From: Rhizomicrobium sp.
GTDB taxonomy: Bacteria; Pseudomonadota; Alphaproteobacteria; Micropepsales; Micropepsaceae
Length of the DNA: 64,000 nt
Assembly (NCBI GenBank): GCA_050728855.1
Contig: JBOHKI010000003.1
Coordinates: 43,894-107,893 of the forward strand
Reading direction: 5' to 3'
Shown: positions 18,969 through 28,671 of the stretch, one piece after another
Layout: each line of letters opens with the position of its first letter
Numbering within the stretch: position 1 is the stretch's first letter
Notes under the pieces: generated by a model
What the model was told of the DNA's origin: nothing
The model's database searches: none
The model's input: only the letters and a program-made list of their open reading frames with translations
Translations under genes and position numbers: made by a program

Positions 18969-20203
18969 TTCACGCGTGCGCCGCCGCGCCGCGCCCCGCT
19001 ATTGGCGCCGCCGCCCGGCTTCTGGATGGCCACCGGCCGGCCCGGCTGCACGCGCAGCTGCCCGTCGGTGATCACGGTCTCGCCGGGCTTGAGGGCACCC
19101 TTCACGACGTCGGTGGTGCCGTCATCGTTGAGGACGGACACCGCCACCATGCGCGCCTTTTTCTGCGCATCGACGGCATAGACATAGGAGCCGTCGGGCC
19201 CCTGGTTCACCGCATCGCGCGGCACGGTCAGCGCGTGGGGGAAGTTGTTGATGGCGACTTCGATATCCACCAGCTGTCCCGGCACCAGGCGGTAGTCCTC
19301 ATTGGCGAATGTCGCGCGCAGCTCGACGGTTCCGGTCGCCGCGTTGACCTGGTTGCCCAGGAAATCCACCGGCGCGGTGATCGTGGATTCCGTCGTGCCG
19401 TGGATCGCCACGGTGGCCGTCAGGTCGTGCGCCGCCATGCGGTCCTGGATGCGGGCGATGTCGGTCTGCGGCAGCGAGAAGGAAACCTTCACGGGCTGGA
19501 TCTGCGTGATGGTGACCAGTGGGTTGGTGCCGTTGGCGGGGATCAGGTTGCCCGGCTGGATCAGGATCGGCCCGGTCTTGCCGGTCACCGGCGAACGGAT
19601 GGTGGCGAATTGCAGGTTGAGCGCGGCCACGTCGACCAGCGCCTTGTCGGCCTTTACCGTCGCGGCCAGCGCGCGCGCCTGCGCCACGGCCTGGTCGCGC
19701 TGCTGGGCCGACGCGGCGCCCGATTGCGCCAGTACCGAATAGCGCCGGGCGTCGTTCTGCGCGCTGACGAGCGAGGCCTGGTCGCGCGCCATCGTGGCCC
19801 TGGCCTGCGCCAACGCGGCGAGGAACGGCCGCGGGTCGAGCCGGAACAGCACGTCGCCCTGATGGACGATCTGGCCTTCGGTGAAGGCGGCGCTCTCGAG
19901 CTGTCCGCCGACCTGGGCGGTCACCTGCACCGTCGCGTTGGCCACCACCGTGCCGATGGTGCGCTCCTGGGCGATCACGTCGCGCGCCTGCACCTGCGCC
20001 ACCAGCACCGGCGGCGCCGGGTGGGGTGCTGCGACCGGGGCATACAGGATCCCGATCACGTAGCGGATCGCCAGGACCGCAAGGACCGCGGCCACGATTC
20101 CGGCGATCAGGCGCGTGCGTGTGTTGGTGCGGCGGATGCTGCCCGGCAGGGCCGTCACCGTACCCGGGAAGGTCTGAAGCGAATTCGGGAGCCTGATATT
20201 CAT
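18965..20203 (-). CDS. RND periplasmic adaptor (MdtA-like)
   Basis: N-terminal TM; IGTVVANATVQVTAQVGGQL, IRSPVTGKTG, VDAATG-like NQVNAATGTV; 4-nt overlap with the permease. Confidence 0.9.
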   Translation of the reverse strand: MNIRLPNSLQTFPGTVTALPGSIRRTNTRTRLIAGIVAAVLAVLAIRYVIGILYAPVAAPHPAPPVLVAQVQARDVIAQERTIGTVVANATVQVTAQVGGQLESAAFTEGQIVHQGDVLFRLDPRPFLAALAQARATMARDQASLVSAQNDARRYSVLAQSGAASAQQRDQAVAQARALAATVKADKALVDVAALNLQFATIRSPVTGKTGPILIQPGNLIPANGTNPLVTITQIQPVKVSFSLPQTDIARIQDRMAAHDLTATVAIHGTTESTITAPVDFLGNQVNAATGTVELRATFANEDYRLVPGQLVDIEVAINNFPHALTVPRDAVNQGPDGSYVYAVDAQKKARMVAVSVLNDDGTTDVVKGALKPGETVITDGQLRVQPGRPVAIQKPGGGANSGARRGGARVK

Positions 20204-20541
20204 TCCTGTCCGATCCTGACGGCCATCGGCCGCATGGCGGGCAATCCCGCCTCGGCCGCACAACCGGTGGACGCCCGCCTCCGCGCGGCGCGTCTGCCAT
20301 ACCCATAATCGCTCCCGTACCGTGTCGTACCATGCCTTGTGGAAAATTCGAGCCCCGACCTCGCCCTGCGGCGCCGCGTGCGCGTTATTTTCCCGTCACA
20401 AAACGGCACGGCGATCCCCGGGGGCGCTGCCGTAAACGCTTGATCGCGCGGCATGTTCCCCGACCTGTCCGATCCCGTCCGCCGGGCATTGGCGGATCGC
20501 TGAATCGTGTTTAATGAAGGGCAAATCGATGCGGGGGATGC

Positions 20542-20961
20542 ATGCTCTGGGGCAAGAACGACAAGCTGGTCGTGGCCGTGACCTGTTCGGACTGGCGCCT
20601 GCACCAGCGCAAGGTGGATTTCACCAGCCGGATCGGCCGGGCGGTGCGCTGCGGCAGGGTGGACATGGTCGTCCTGCCGGGGCCGGATGGCCTGCTCGTG
20701 CCCAAGCGGGTGGGGGAATGGGAGGCGGCCCTCAGCCAGGTGGGCCTCCTGGCCGACGCCCATCATGCCCACGCACTGGCCGTGATCGCCCATCAGCGCT
20801 GCGCCGGCCATCCCGTATCCGACGCCGAGCATGAGGTGGACGCGGTGGCGGCGGCCAAGGCACTCAAGGGCGCTCTGGCCTTCGCCGGCCCCGCCTACGC
20901 CATCGTCGCCACCTATGGCAGCGACAGCGATTGGGGCCTGAAAACAATAGGGAAATTCTAG
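20542..20961 (+). CDS. Small beta-carbonic-anhydrase-like Zn protein
   Basis: C-S-D-W-R and H-Q-R-C-A-G match the beta-CA CxDxR and HxxC zinc ligands. Confidence 0.6.
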   Translation: MLWGKNDKLVVAVTCSDWRLHQRKVDFTSRIGRAVRCGRVDMVVLPGPDGLLVPKRVGEWEAALSQVGLLADAHHAHALAVIAHQRCAGHPVSDAEHEVDAVAAAKALKGALAFAGPAYAIVATYGSDSDWGLKTIGKF

Positions 20962-21021
20962 GCGTTTGCGGTTGCGAAGGCGCCCGTCTATAAGCGCGCG
21001 CTCCCCGAAAGCCGCAGGCCC

Positions 21022-22845
21022 ATGGACATCCGGAATATCGCCATCATTGCCCATGTCGACCATGGCAAGACCACGCTTGTGGACCAGCTCCTCAAGCAGT
21101 CCGGAAGCGTGCGCGAGAACCAGCACATGGAAGAGCGCGCCCTGGATTCCAACGACCTGGAGCGCGAGCGCGGCATCACCATCCTGGCCAAGTGCACATC
21201 CGTCGACTGGGAAGGCACGCGCATCAACATCGTCGACACGCCCGGCCACGCCGATTTCGGCGGCGAGGTGGAGCGCATCCTCTCCATGGTCGACGGCGTG
21301 GTGCTGCTGGTGGACGCGGCGGAATCCGTCATGCCGCAGACCAAATTCGTGCTGTCCAAGGCGCTCAAACTGGGGCTGAAGCCCATCGTCGTCATCAACA
21401 AGATCGACCGCCACGACGCGCAGCCGAAGGAGACGCTCGAAAGCATCTTCGACCTCTTCCTGGCGCTGGAGGCGAACGACGACCAACTCGATTTCCATGT
21501 CCTGTACGCGTCGGGCCGCAGCGGCTGGGCCGTGACCGATCTGGCCGATGATCGCAAGGATTTGTCGCCACTCTTTGCCAGAATTGTCGCAGATGTTCCC
21601 AAGCCCAGGGCGCTGGGCAAGGCGGGGGACGAATACCCGTTTACCATGCTGGTCACCACGCTGGAGGCCGACAACTATCTCGGCCGCATCCTGACCTGGC
21701 GCATCGAGACGGGCGCCATCAGCGTCAACCGCGTCATCAAGGCGCTGGACCGCAACGGCAAGGAGATCGAGCGGACCCGCGTGACCAAGCTGCTGGCCTT
21801 CCGCGGGCTGGCGCGCGTCCCCGTGGCGCGGGTCGAGGCGGGCGACATCGTCGCCATAGCCGGCCTGCCCAACGCCACCGTCGCCGACACGCTTTGCGAC
21901 ATCAATGTCGCCGAACCGATCCAGGCCCAGCCGATCGATCCGCCAACGCTCGCCATCACGCTGTCGGTCAACGATTCTCCGCTGGCGGGCCGCGAGGGCG
22001 ACAAGGTGCAGAGCCGCGTCATTCGCGACCGGCTGCTGCGCGAGGCCGAGGGCAATGTCGCCATCAAGGTGCGCGAGACCGGCGAGGGCGCCTACGAGGT
22101 CGCCGGCCGCGGCGAACTCCAGCTCGGCGTGCTCATCGAGCAGATGCGCCGCGAAGGCTTCGAGCTTTCGATCTCCCGTCCGCGCGTGCTCTATCAGACC
22201 GGCCCCAAGGGCGAGCGGCTTGAGCCGATGGAAGAAGTCACCATCGACGTCGACGATCCCTATGCCGGCGTGGTGATCGAGAAGATCTCCATGCGCAAGG
22301 GCGAGCTTCAGGACATGCGCCCCACGGGCGCGGGCAAGACCCGGCTGGTGTTCTTCGCGCCGTCGCGCGGCCTGATCGGCTATCACGGCGAATTCCTCAC
22401 CGACACGCGCGGCACCGGCGTCATCAACCGCATGTTCCACGGCTACGCCCCCCATAAGGGCGCGGTGGAAGGCCGGCGCAACGGCGTGCTGATCTCCACC
22501 GGCGACGGCGAGGCGGTGGCTTACGCGCTGTGGTATCTGGAGGAGCGCGGCAAGCTCTTCGTCATCCCGGGCACGAAGATCTACCAGGGCATGATCGTGG
22601 GCGAGCACTCCCGCGACAACGACCTCGACGTCAATCCGCTCAAGGCCAAGCAGCTCACCAACATCCGCACCACCTCGAAAGACGAGGCCGTGCGGCTGAC
22701 CCCCATCGTGCCGATGACCCTGGAACAGGCCATCGCCTATATTGAGGACGAGGAGCTGGTCGAGGTCACGCCGCACTCCATCCGCCTGCGCAAGCGCGAG
22801 CTGACCCCGCATCTGCGCAAACGCGCCAAGGCGGAGGCGGAGTAG
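21022..22845 (+). CDS. typA: Translational GTPase TypA/BipA
   Basis: [63 protein letters not shown]. Confidence 0.97.
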   Translation: MDIRNIAIIAHVDHGKTTLVDQLLKQSGSVRENQHMEERALDSNDLERERGITILAKCTSVDWEGTRINIVDTPGHADFGGEVERILSMVDGVVLLVDAAESVMPQTKFVLSKALKLGLKPIVVINKIDRHDAQPKETLESIFDLFLALEANDDQLDFHVLYASGRSGWAVTDLADDRKDLSPLFARIVADVPKPRALGKAGDEYPFTMLVTTLEADNYLGRILTWRIETGAISVNRVIKALDRNGKEIERTRVTKLLAFRGLARVPVARVEAGDIVAIAGLPNATVADTLCDINVAEPIQAQPIDPPTLAITLSVNDSPLAGREGDKVQSRVIRDRLLREAEGNVAIKVRETGEGAYEVAGRGELQLGVLIEQMRREGFELSISRPRVLYQTGPKGERLEPMEEVTIDVDDPYAGVVIEKISMRKGELQDMRPTGAGKTRLVFFAPSRGLIGYHGEFLTDTRGTGVINRMFHGYAPHKGAVEGRRNGVLISTGDGEAVAYALWYLEERGKLFVIPGTKIYQGMIVGEHSRDNDLDVNPLKAKQLTNIRTTSKDEAVRLTPIVPMTLEQAIAYIEDEELVEVTPHSIRLRKRELTPHLRKRAKAEAE

Positions 22846-22848
22846 AGA

Positions 22849-23133
22849 CTAAGGCCGGCCGACCTTCACGCCGGTCTTGCGATGGCTGGAGAAATAGAGC
22901 CGCAACACCCAGTTCATCTTGGTCTGCCAGCCTTTACCTTGCTTTTTGAACCACTTCACCACGTCTTCATCGAGGCGAATGGTGACGCTCTTTTTCCCCG
23001 GGCGATAGAACAGGCCGACATAATGCGGCCTCTTCCAATCCGCTTCCGTCATTTCGGGAATATCGCTGGTATCGATTCGATCGTCGGGCAGCGCCTCGAG
23101 TGCCGCAAGTTCCGCGCGCAGCGCGGGCGTCAT
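22849..23133 (-). CDS. brnA: BrnA family antitoxin
   Basis: IDTSDIPE...KKSVTIRLDEDVVKWFKKQGKGWQTKMN; ATG 1 nt after the brnT stop. Confidence 0.88.
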   Translation of the reverse strand: MTPALRAELAALEALPDDRIDTSDIPEMTEADWKRPHYVGLFYRPGKKSVTIRLDEDVVKWFKKQGKGWQTKMNWVLRLYFSSHRKTGVKVGRP

Positions 23134-23134
23134 C

Positions 23135-23428
23135 TTAGGAATTCCCGTGATACGCACGACGTTCGCGCGGCGTGAGTTTGCGCGCCGAGATGATCCGGAC
23201 GATTTCTTGGTCCGCTTCTTCGACGATCGTGCAGGTGACGCGGACGAGTGCTCTTCCCACTTGTCCGACGATTTTCCAGCGGACTTCTCCATGCTCATCA
23301 CCTTCTATGTCCCGCAGCGCCAGGGGATCGTCGAATGCTTGCACGGCCAGGAGGAAGCTGATCCCATGCTTGCGGCGATTTGCTTCGGCCTTGCGCGCAT
23401 CCCATTCGAACCGTATTCCCGACGTCAT
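23135..23428 (-). CDS. brnT: BrnT family toxin (RNase)
   Basis: RFEWDARKAEANRRKHGISF..A..F.DP; IRIISARKLTPRERRAY. Confidence 0.9.
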   Translation of the reverse strand: MTSGIRFEWDARKAEANRRKHGISFLLAVQAFDDPLALRDIEGDEHGEVRWKIVGQVGRALVRVTCTIVEEADQEIVRIISARKLTPRERRAYHGNS

Positions 23429-23513
23429 CGTGCGTGCCTTCGGACTTAGTGGTTGCGTGCCATGGCGACATCAGAATCTCCTCGAACATTTCTCGAATAT
23501 GGCAATGCAAAAT

Positions 23514-23550
23514 ATGTACGTACATTAGTAGTTACGCGCTTCGGTGTCAA
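23514..23550 (-). promoter_or_regulatory. Sigma70 promoter of brnTA with palindromic operator
   Basis: Minus strand TTGACA-N17-TAATGT; perfect palindrome ATGTACGTACAT (23514-23525) overlaps the -10/+1. Confidence 0.75.
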
Positions 23551-24398
23551 GTCTTCCGCTTCAATCCCAGCCTGCCGGCGATGATGTTGTCGACCGTGCG
23601 CTTGGGAAGGTGCGCGACCAGGAAGTCCTGCAATCCGCCCGGCGACACCGTGTAGTGCACCTTGGGCTTGGCGAGCGTCAGCGCCCGCCACACCGCCATG
23701 CCGATCTTCTCCGGCGGATAGCCCTTGCGGCCCATGGTGAGCATGTATGCGCGGATCTTGTTCAGCGGCTCGGCGTAGGGCGTGTTGGCATAGCGCGCCA
23801 CGTCGACCTGCTCGGCCTTGTCCCAGATCGGCGTCGCCACCGCGCCCGGCGCGACCACGATCACGTCGATGCCGAATAGCATCAGCTCGCGGCGCAGCGC
23901 CTCGGAGAATCCCTCGAAGCCGAACTTGGAGACGTTGTACGGACCCATGAACGGGTTGGCGTTGCGTCCGCCGACGCTGGTGATGTCGACGATGCGCCCG
24001 GGCTTGCCCTTGCGCGCGGTGTCCGCGCCCAGGAGCGGCGCGAAGGCCTGGGTCACGATCAATTGACCGGTGAGGTTGACCTCGAGCTGCTGGCGGAACT
24101 CGTCCACGTCGAGATAGAGCAGCGGGCCCGCGATCGCGATGCCGGCATTGTTGACGAGGCCCGACAGCGTCTCGTTGCCGAGCGCCGCGGCGGCCTGCTC
24201 CGCGCCATTGCGCACCGCCGCGGCATCGGTCACGTCGAAGATCAGCGGCCTGAAGCCGGCGCCGAACTCCTTCGACAGCCGGTCCGCGTCGGCCTGCTTG
24301 CGCACGCTGCCGAAGACGCGGAACCCTTTTTTGATCAGCACTTTCGCGCAACCCCAGCCGATGCCCGTGGATGCGCCCGTGATTACGACGCTTTTCAT
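23547..24398 (-). CDS. Short-chain dehydrogenase/reductase
   Basis: VITGASTGIG, LVNNAG, catalytic YNVSK. Confidence 0.92.
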   Translation of the reverse strand: MKSVVITGASTGIGWGCAKVLIKKGFRVFGSVRKQADADRLSKEFGAGFRPLIFDVTDAAAVRNGAEQAAAALGNETLSGLVNNAGIAIAGPLLYLDVDEFRQQLEVNLTGQLIVTQAFAPLLGADTARKGKPGRIVDITSVGGRNANPFMGPYNVSKFGFEGFSEALRRELMLFGIDVIVVAPGAVATPIWDKAEQVDVARYANTPYAEPLNKIRAYMLTMGRKGYPPEKIGMAVWRALTLAKPKVHYTVSPGGLQDFLVAHLPKRTVDNIIAGRLGLKRKT

Positions 24399-24464
24399 GT
24401 CCCGCTCCTCGATAATCCCGGGTTCCAGTATAGAGACATGCGCTCCCCGCTGCTAAGAAGCCGC

Positions 24465-25268
24465 ATGGCCATCGATTCCGAAACACTCGCCTTCGCCCAC
24501 CGCCTCGCCGACGCGGCGGGCGCCGTCATCCGCCCCTATTTCCGCAAGCGCATCGAGGTCATCGACAAGGGCGGCAAGGGCACGCGGCCGATATTCGATC
24601 CGGTGACGGAGGCCGACCGGGGCGCGGAAGACGCCATGCGCGCCCTGATCCGCGCCGAGCGGCCCCGGGATGGCATACTGGGCGAGGAGCGGGGCCACGA
24701 ACCCGGGACCTCGGGGCGCACCTGGATCCTCGATCCCATCGACGGCACGCGACCCTTCATCACCGGCCGCCACACCTGGGGCACGCTGATCGCGCTGGCG
24801 GAGGGCGACCGTCCGGTTCTGGGCATCATCGACCAGCCCGTGCTGCACGAACGTTTCATCGGGCATGACGGCAAGTCCGTCTATCGGGGACCGGACGGGC
24901 GCGAGCCCATGCAGACGCGCGCCTGCGCCGCGCTCTCCGCCGCGGTCGTATCCACGACCCATCCGTGGAGCTATTTCAGCCGCGGCCAGCGCGCCGCGTT
25001 CGAGCGCGTCTGCGAACTTTCGCGCATGAGCTATTTCGGCGGCGACTGCTACGGCTACGCGCTGCTCGCCATGGGCTTCATCGACGTGGTTATCGAATCG
25101 CGCCTGGCGCCGTGGGACGTGGCGGCGCTGATCCCCGTGATCGAGGGCGCGGGCGGGATGGTGACCGACTGGACTGGCGCGCCTTTCGTCAACGGCGCCT
25201 GCGTGCTCGCCGCGGGTGACGCCCGCGTCCATGCCGAAGCCGTGGCCCTGCTCCGCGACGCGCAATAG
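24465..25268 (+). CDS. hisN: Histidinol-phosphate phosphatase (inositol monophosphatase family)
   Basis: DPVTEADR, GEE, WILDPIDGT..F.TG..WGTLIAL, DCYGYALLAMG, WDVAA. Confidence 0.82.
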   Translation: MAIDSETLAFAHRLADAAGAVIRPYFRKRIEVIDKGGKGTRPIFDPVTEADRGAEDAMRALIRAERPRDGILGEERGHEPGTSGRTWILDPIDGTRPFITGRHTWGTLIALAEGDRPVLGIIDQPVLHERFIGHDGKSVYRGPDGREPMQTRACAALSAAVVSTTHPWSYFSRGQRAAFERVCELSRMSYFGGDCYGYALLAMGFIDVVIESRLAPWDVAALIPVIEGAGGMVTDWTGAPFVNGACVLAAGDARVHAEAVALLRDAQ

Positions 25269-25350
25269 CACAACCGCGACAGCACGAGACTGTGAAGTGC
25301 CGGGCCGGTGAACGCGCGGCATGATCGGCTTGCAATCGGGGGACGCGATC

Positions 25351-25809
25351 ATGAACAAGTATATCTGGGCGAGCATCCTGGGCGGATTGTTCGCGGGGAC
25401 CTTGGACATCGGCGTCGCATGCGCGCTGTCCGGCGTCGGGCCCGATGTCATCCTGCATTTCCTGGCGGCGGGTTTGATCGGGCGCGACGCGTCCTTCCAG
25501 GGCGGCGTGCCGACCATGGCGCTGGGTCTGGCGATCCAGGAGTTCATCGCCATCGTGGCCGCCGGCATCTTCGTCTTCGCGAGCACGAAGCTTCCCATGC
25601 TGCTGGAGCGGCCGGTCGCATGGGGCGTGGTGCTGGGCGCCGTAACGAACGTCATTCTCACTTTCGTGGTGCAGCCGCTCTCCCTCGTCGCCCGCAAGCA
25701 TCCGATTGCTTCGTGGACGCCGCTCCTGGAGAACCTCGCCGCCAACATGATCCTGTTCGGGCCGCCCATCGCCTTGATCGCGGGGCGGATTCTTCGTCCG
25801 CGTGCTTAG
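25351..25809 (+). CDS. Multi-pass membrane protein, unknown function
   Basis: Four hydrophobic segments; GGGAC-type RBS; high-GC codon usage. Confidence 0.7.
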   Translation: MNKYIWASILGGLFAGTLDIGVACALSGVGPDVILHFLAAGLIGRDASFQGGVPTMALGLAIQEFIAIVAAGIFVFASTKLPMLLERPVAWGVVLGAVTNVILTFVVQPLSLVARKHPIASWTPLLENLAANMILFGPPIALIAGRILRPRA

Positions 25810-26714
25810 GAGGGGACGTTGTCGTCGATGAACGCGTCGAACGCCTGCCAGAAGCGGGCGCGGATGGAATCGTTTTCCATCAGGATCTCGTGCTCGGCAT
25901 CGGCGAGCTCGACATATTTGCCGTGCGGCAGGCGCGGCGCGAAGGCGCGCTCGGCCTCGGTCTCCACGATGCGGTCGCGGCCCGCGCCCACGATCAGCAC
26001 CGGCGTGAGGATGGCTTCGGCATAGCCCGGCGCCGTCACCTCCGCCATCGAGGCGTTGGCGCGCTGCAGCCACTTCCAGGTCGGCCCCGCGAGCCTCAAA
26101 TCGGGATGGGCCTTGATGATGTCCTGCGTGCGCTGGAAGCGGGCGCGGTCGGACGTCACCAATTGCCGGTCGAATCCCATGTCGATGGGATCGCGCTTGT
26201 CCATGCCCCAGATCCACTCGTCGCCGTTGCCGAACAGGTTCTGCAGATAGAGCGCGCCCAGCGCGAGCCGGCGGGGCACGCCGCGCGTGCCCGCGCGAAG
26301 CATCGGCGCGGTGAGCACGGCGGCGGCGAGCGCGTTGGGCCGGTCGTGCATCAGGCGCAGCATGTTGTGGCCGCCCATGGAATGGGCCAGCGCGATCGGC
26401 GGGCGCGCAGCGATCGGCTTCACCACCTGGTCGAGGAACGCCTCGATGGCGGCGTCATATTGCGTGAACGACCCGATGTGGGCCTTGAGCGGATTGCCGA
26501 GCAGGCGATAGGAGCCGCCCTGGCCCGGCCAGTCGAAGGTCGCCACCGTGAAGCCGCGCGCGTTCAGCTCGCCGATGACTTCGCAATATTTCTCGATGAA
26601 CTCTGTCTGCCCATGCGCCAGCACGCAGACGCCGCGCGCCGAAGCGGGCGCGTCGAACACCGCGACGCGCAGCCGCTTGCCGTCCGGCGTGCTTATGAAT
26701 CCCGGCTCAGCCAC
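25806..26714 (-). CDS. Alpha/beta hydrolase (lysophospholipase PldB-like)
   Basis: HGQTEFIEKY, DWPGQGGS, AHSMGG nucleophile, AEHEILME. Confidence 0.9.
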   Translation of the reverse strand: MAEPGFISTPDGKRLRVAVFDAPASARGVCVLAHGQTEFIEKYCEVIGELNARGFTVATFDWPGQGGSYRLLGNPLKAHIGSFTQYDAAIEAFLDQVVKPIAARPPIALAHSMGGHNMLRLMHDRPNALAAAVLTAPMLRAGTRGVPRRLALGALYLQNLFGNGDEWIWGMDKRDPIDMGFDRQLVTSDRARFQRTQDIIKAHPDLRLAGPTWKWLQRANASMAEVTAPGYAEAILTPVLIVGAGRDRIVETEAERAFAPRLPHGKYVELADAEHEILMENDSIRARFWQAFDAFIDDNVPS

Positions 26715-27030
26715 GCGCCTTGGCGAGGATCGGGCCGAGCTTCATGGCCAGCCCCATGTCGCCGGCCACGCGCAGCTTGCCCTGCATGAAGGCCGAGGTG
26801 CCGTCGAGTTCGCCCTTGACCATCTTCTCGAAGGTTTCGAGGCTGAGCGTGATCGTGCAGTCCGCGTTCTTGCCGTCGCCGTCGCTGACCGTGTTGGGCG
26901 TGGCCTTGCCGTCGATATACACGCTGCCCGGATCGCCGAAATCGAACTTCAGCGTCCCGCCAAGGCCGGAATTGTCGCCGATCGCGCTGCCCATCTGCTT
27001 CACGATTTCCTGAACCTGGGGTGAGCTCAT
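26707..27030 (-). CDS. SCP2 sterol/lipid-binding domain protein
   Basis: ADCTITLS..TF..G.LDG..AFMQGKLRVAGDMGLAMKL. Confidence 0.88.
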   Translation of the reverse strand: MSSPQVQEIVKQMGSAIGDNSGLGGTLKFDFGDPGSVYIDGKATPNTVSDGDGKNADCTITLSLETFEKMVKGELDGTSAFMQGKLRVAGDMGLAMKLGPILAKARG

Positions 27031-27190
27031 GGCTGGTCTTCCCTGATGTGAGGTGATGCTCCCGGGCCGCTCTTTCCGGCGGATGTGGCGGCATATGAGC
27101 ACTTGTCATTAAGCGGCACAATCCCGGTTTGCGGCCATGGCGCGGCCCTTGCCGCGGGCTTAGACTGCCGGTGATATCGGGGGCCCGACA

Positions 27191-28081
27191 ATGACACGCA
27201 GTGAGCGCGAGGCCGTGCTGGCCTTCCTGAAGAGCAACGACGCGCCGGCGGATGCAAGCCTCGCCGATCAGCGCGCGCGGCTGGAATCGCTGGCGGCGTT
27301 CTTTCCCGTGGCCGATGGAACGGAAGTCGAGCCGGGCACGGTGGGGGGCGTGAAAGGCGAGTGGGTCGCCGCGCGCCGCGCACGCCGCGATGCGGTGGTT
27401 CTCTATCTTCACGGCGGCGGTTATCTCCTGGGCTCGCCGGTTTCGCATCGCCACCTGCTCGCCGCGGTGAGCGAGGCGAGCGGGCTTCGCACCTTCGCCG
27501 CGGAGTATCGGCTGGCGCCGGAGCATCCGTTTCCCGCCGCCGTGGACGATGCCGTGGCCGCCTACAAAGGTCTCCTCGATTCCGGAATCGCCGCGAACCG
27601 CATCGTCATCATGGGCGACAGCGCCGGCGGCGGCCTCACCATCGCGACACTCGTTGCCGCGCGCGACAAGGGGCTGGCGATGCCGGCCTGCGCGGTGGCG
27701 ATCTCGCCCTGGGCCGATCTCAGCCAGGGCGGCGAAGCCCATCGCGCGCGCAAGAGCCGCGATCCCATGGTCGGCAAGGAGGGCCTCGACGAGATGGCCG
27801 CCGCGTATCTGGCCGGCGCCGATCCGAAAACGCCGCTGGCCTCACCGCTCTTCGCCGATCTCAAGGGCCTGCCGCCGCTGCTGATCCAGGTCGGCACCGA
27901 GGAGGCGCTCTACGACGACGCCATGGCGCTGACCCGCCGCGCCGACTCAGCCGGCGTCGATGTGAGCTCGGAGAGCTGGGGCGGCATGGTGCATGTCTGG
28001 CACATCTTCCATCCCATCCTGGGCGAAGGCCGCGACGCCATCGCCCGCATCGGCAGCTTCGTGAAGACCCACATCGCATGA
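27191..28081 (+). CDS. Alpha/beta hydrolase, HSL-family esterase
   Basis: YLHGGGY, YRLAPEHPFPA, GDSAGGGL, GMVHVW. Confidence 0.92.
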   Translation: MTRSEREAVLAFLKSNDAPADASLADQRARLESLAAFFPVADGTEVEPGTVGGVKGEWVAARRARRDAVVLYLHGGGYLLGSPVSHRHLLAAVSEASGLRTFAAEYRLAPEHPFPAAVDDAVAAYKGLLDSGIAANRIVIMGDSAGGGLTIATLVAARDKGLAMPACAVAISPWADLSQGGEAHRARKSRDPMVGKEGLDEMAAAYLAGADPKTPLASPLFADLKGLPPLLIQVGTEEALYDDAMALTRRADSAGVDVSSESWGGMVHVWHIFHPILGEGRDAIARIGSFVKTHIA

Positions 28082-28503
28082 GCGCGCGCGGCGAAGAAGA
28101 AATCTCCGCTCTGGAGACCGCGATACCGGAACATCCCGTCAGGCGCGATGCGCTGGGCAGTTTCTGCTTCTACTTCCACTTCCTGATGATGGGCTACATC
28201 GTCTCGGGCTGGGCGGCGCCGTGGCGCGGCGCGCTCTACTTCTACATCGTGTTCCTGCCGCTGGTGATCGGCCAGTGGCAGCTCAACAAGAACACCTGCG
28301 TGCTCAACAATCTGGAATCGCTGCTGCGCACCGGCAAGTGGCGCAATCCGAAGAACCGCGAAGAGGGCGCCTGGCTGCACACCACCATCGTCAACGCGAC
28401 CGGCATCGCCATCACCAAATTCCAGCTCGACATCGTCATGTACACGCTGATGGCCGCCTTCTGGGGGCTGGCGTGGTGGCATCTGGGGGCGTGGCGGATT
28501 TGA
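28078..28503 (+). CDS. Membrane protein (DUF2784-like)
   Basis: ATGA overlap with the esterase stop; three TM segments; CVLNNLESLLR resembles the DUF2784 CPLT..E..LR motif. Confidence 0.6.
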   Translation: MSARGEEEISALETAIPEHPVRRDALGSFCFYFHFLMMGYIVSGWAAPWRGALYFYIVFLPLVIGQWQLNKNTCVLNNLESLLRTGKWRNPKNREEGAWLHTTIVNATGIAITKFQLDIVMYTLMAAFWGLAWWHLGAWRI

Positions 28504-28539
28504 GCGTGGACGATTGGCGCAAAGCGCGTCCCGCGGCCC

Positions 28540-28567
28540 CTTGAAAAGCGGAAAACCCTTCCTAGGT
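28540..28567 (+). promoter_or_regulatory. RpoH (sigma32)-type promoter of the sHSP gene
   Basis: CTTG-N17-CCTAGGT compared with the alphaproteobacterial consensus CTTG-N17-CYTATNT. Confidence 0.6.
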
Positions 28568-28574
28568 AAGCACT

Positions 28575-28671
28575 TGTCCGGGCGGCCATGACGGCGTCCG
28601 GGCGAGGAAAACGGTCTTGGCCCCTGTCGGGGCAGGGCCTCAACCAAACGCTTCCAGGAGGTTTGACCATG
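28575..28671 (+). promoter_or_regulatory. ROSE-like RNA thermometer in the sHSP 5'UTR
   Basis: Final hairpin CAAAC-G(bulge)-CUU / AGGAGGUUUG (28645-28665) sequesters the SD; upstream GGCCCCTG..CAGGGCC hairpin. Confidence 0.55.
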
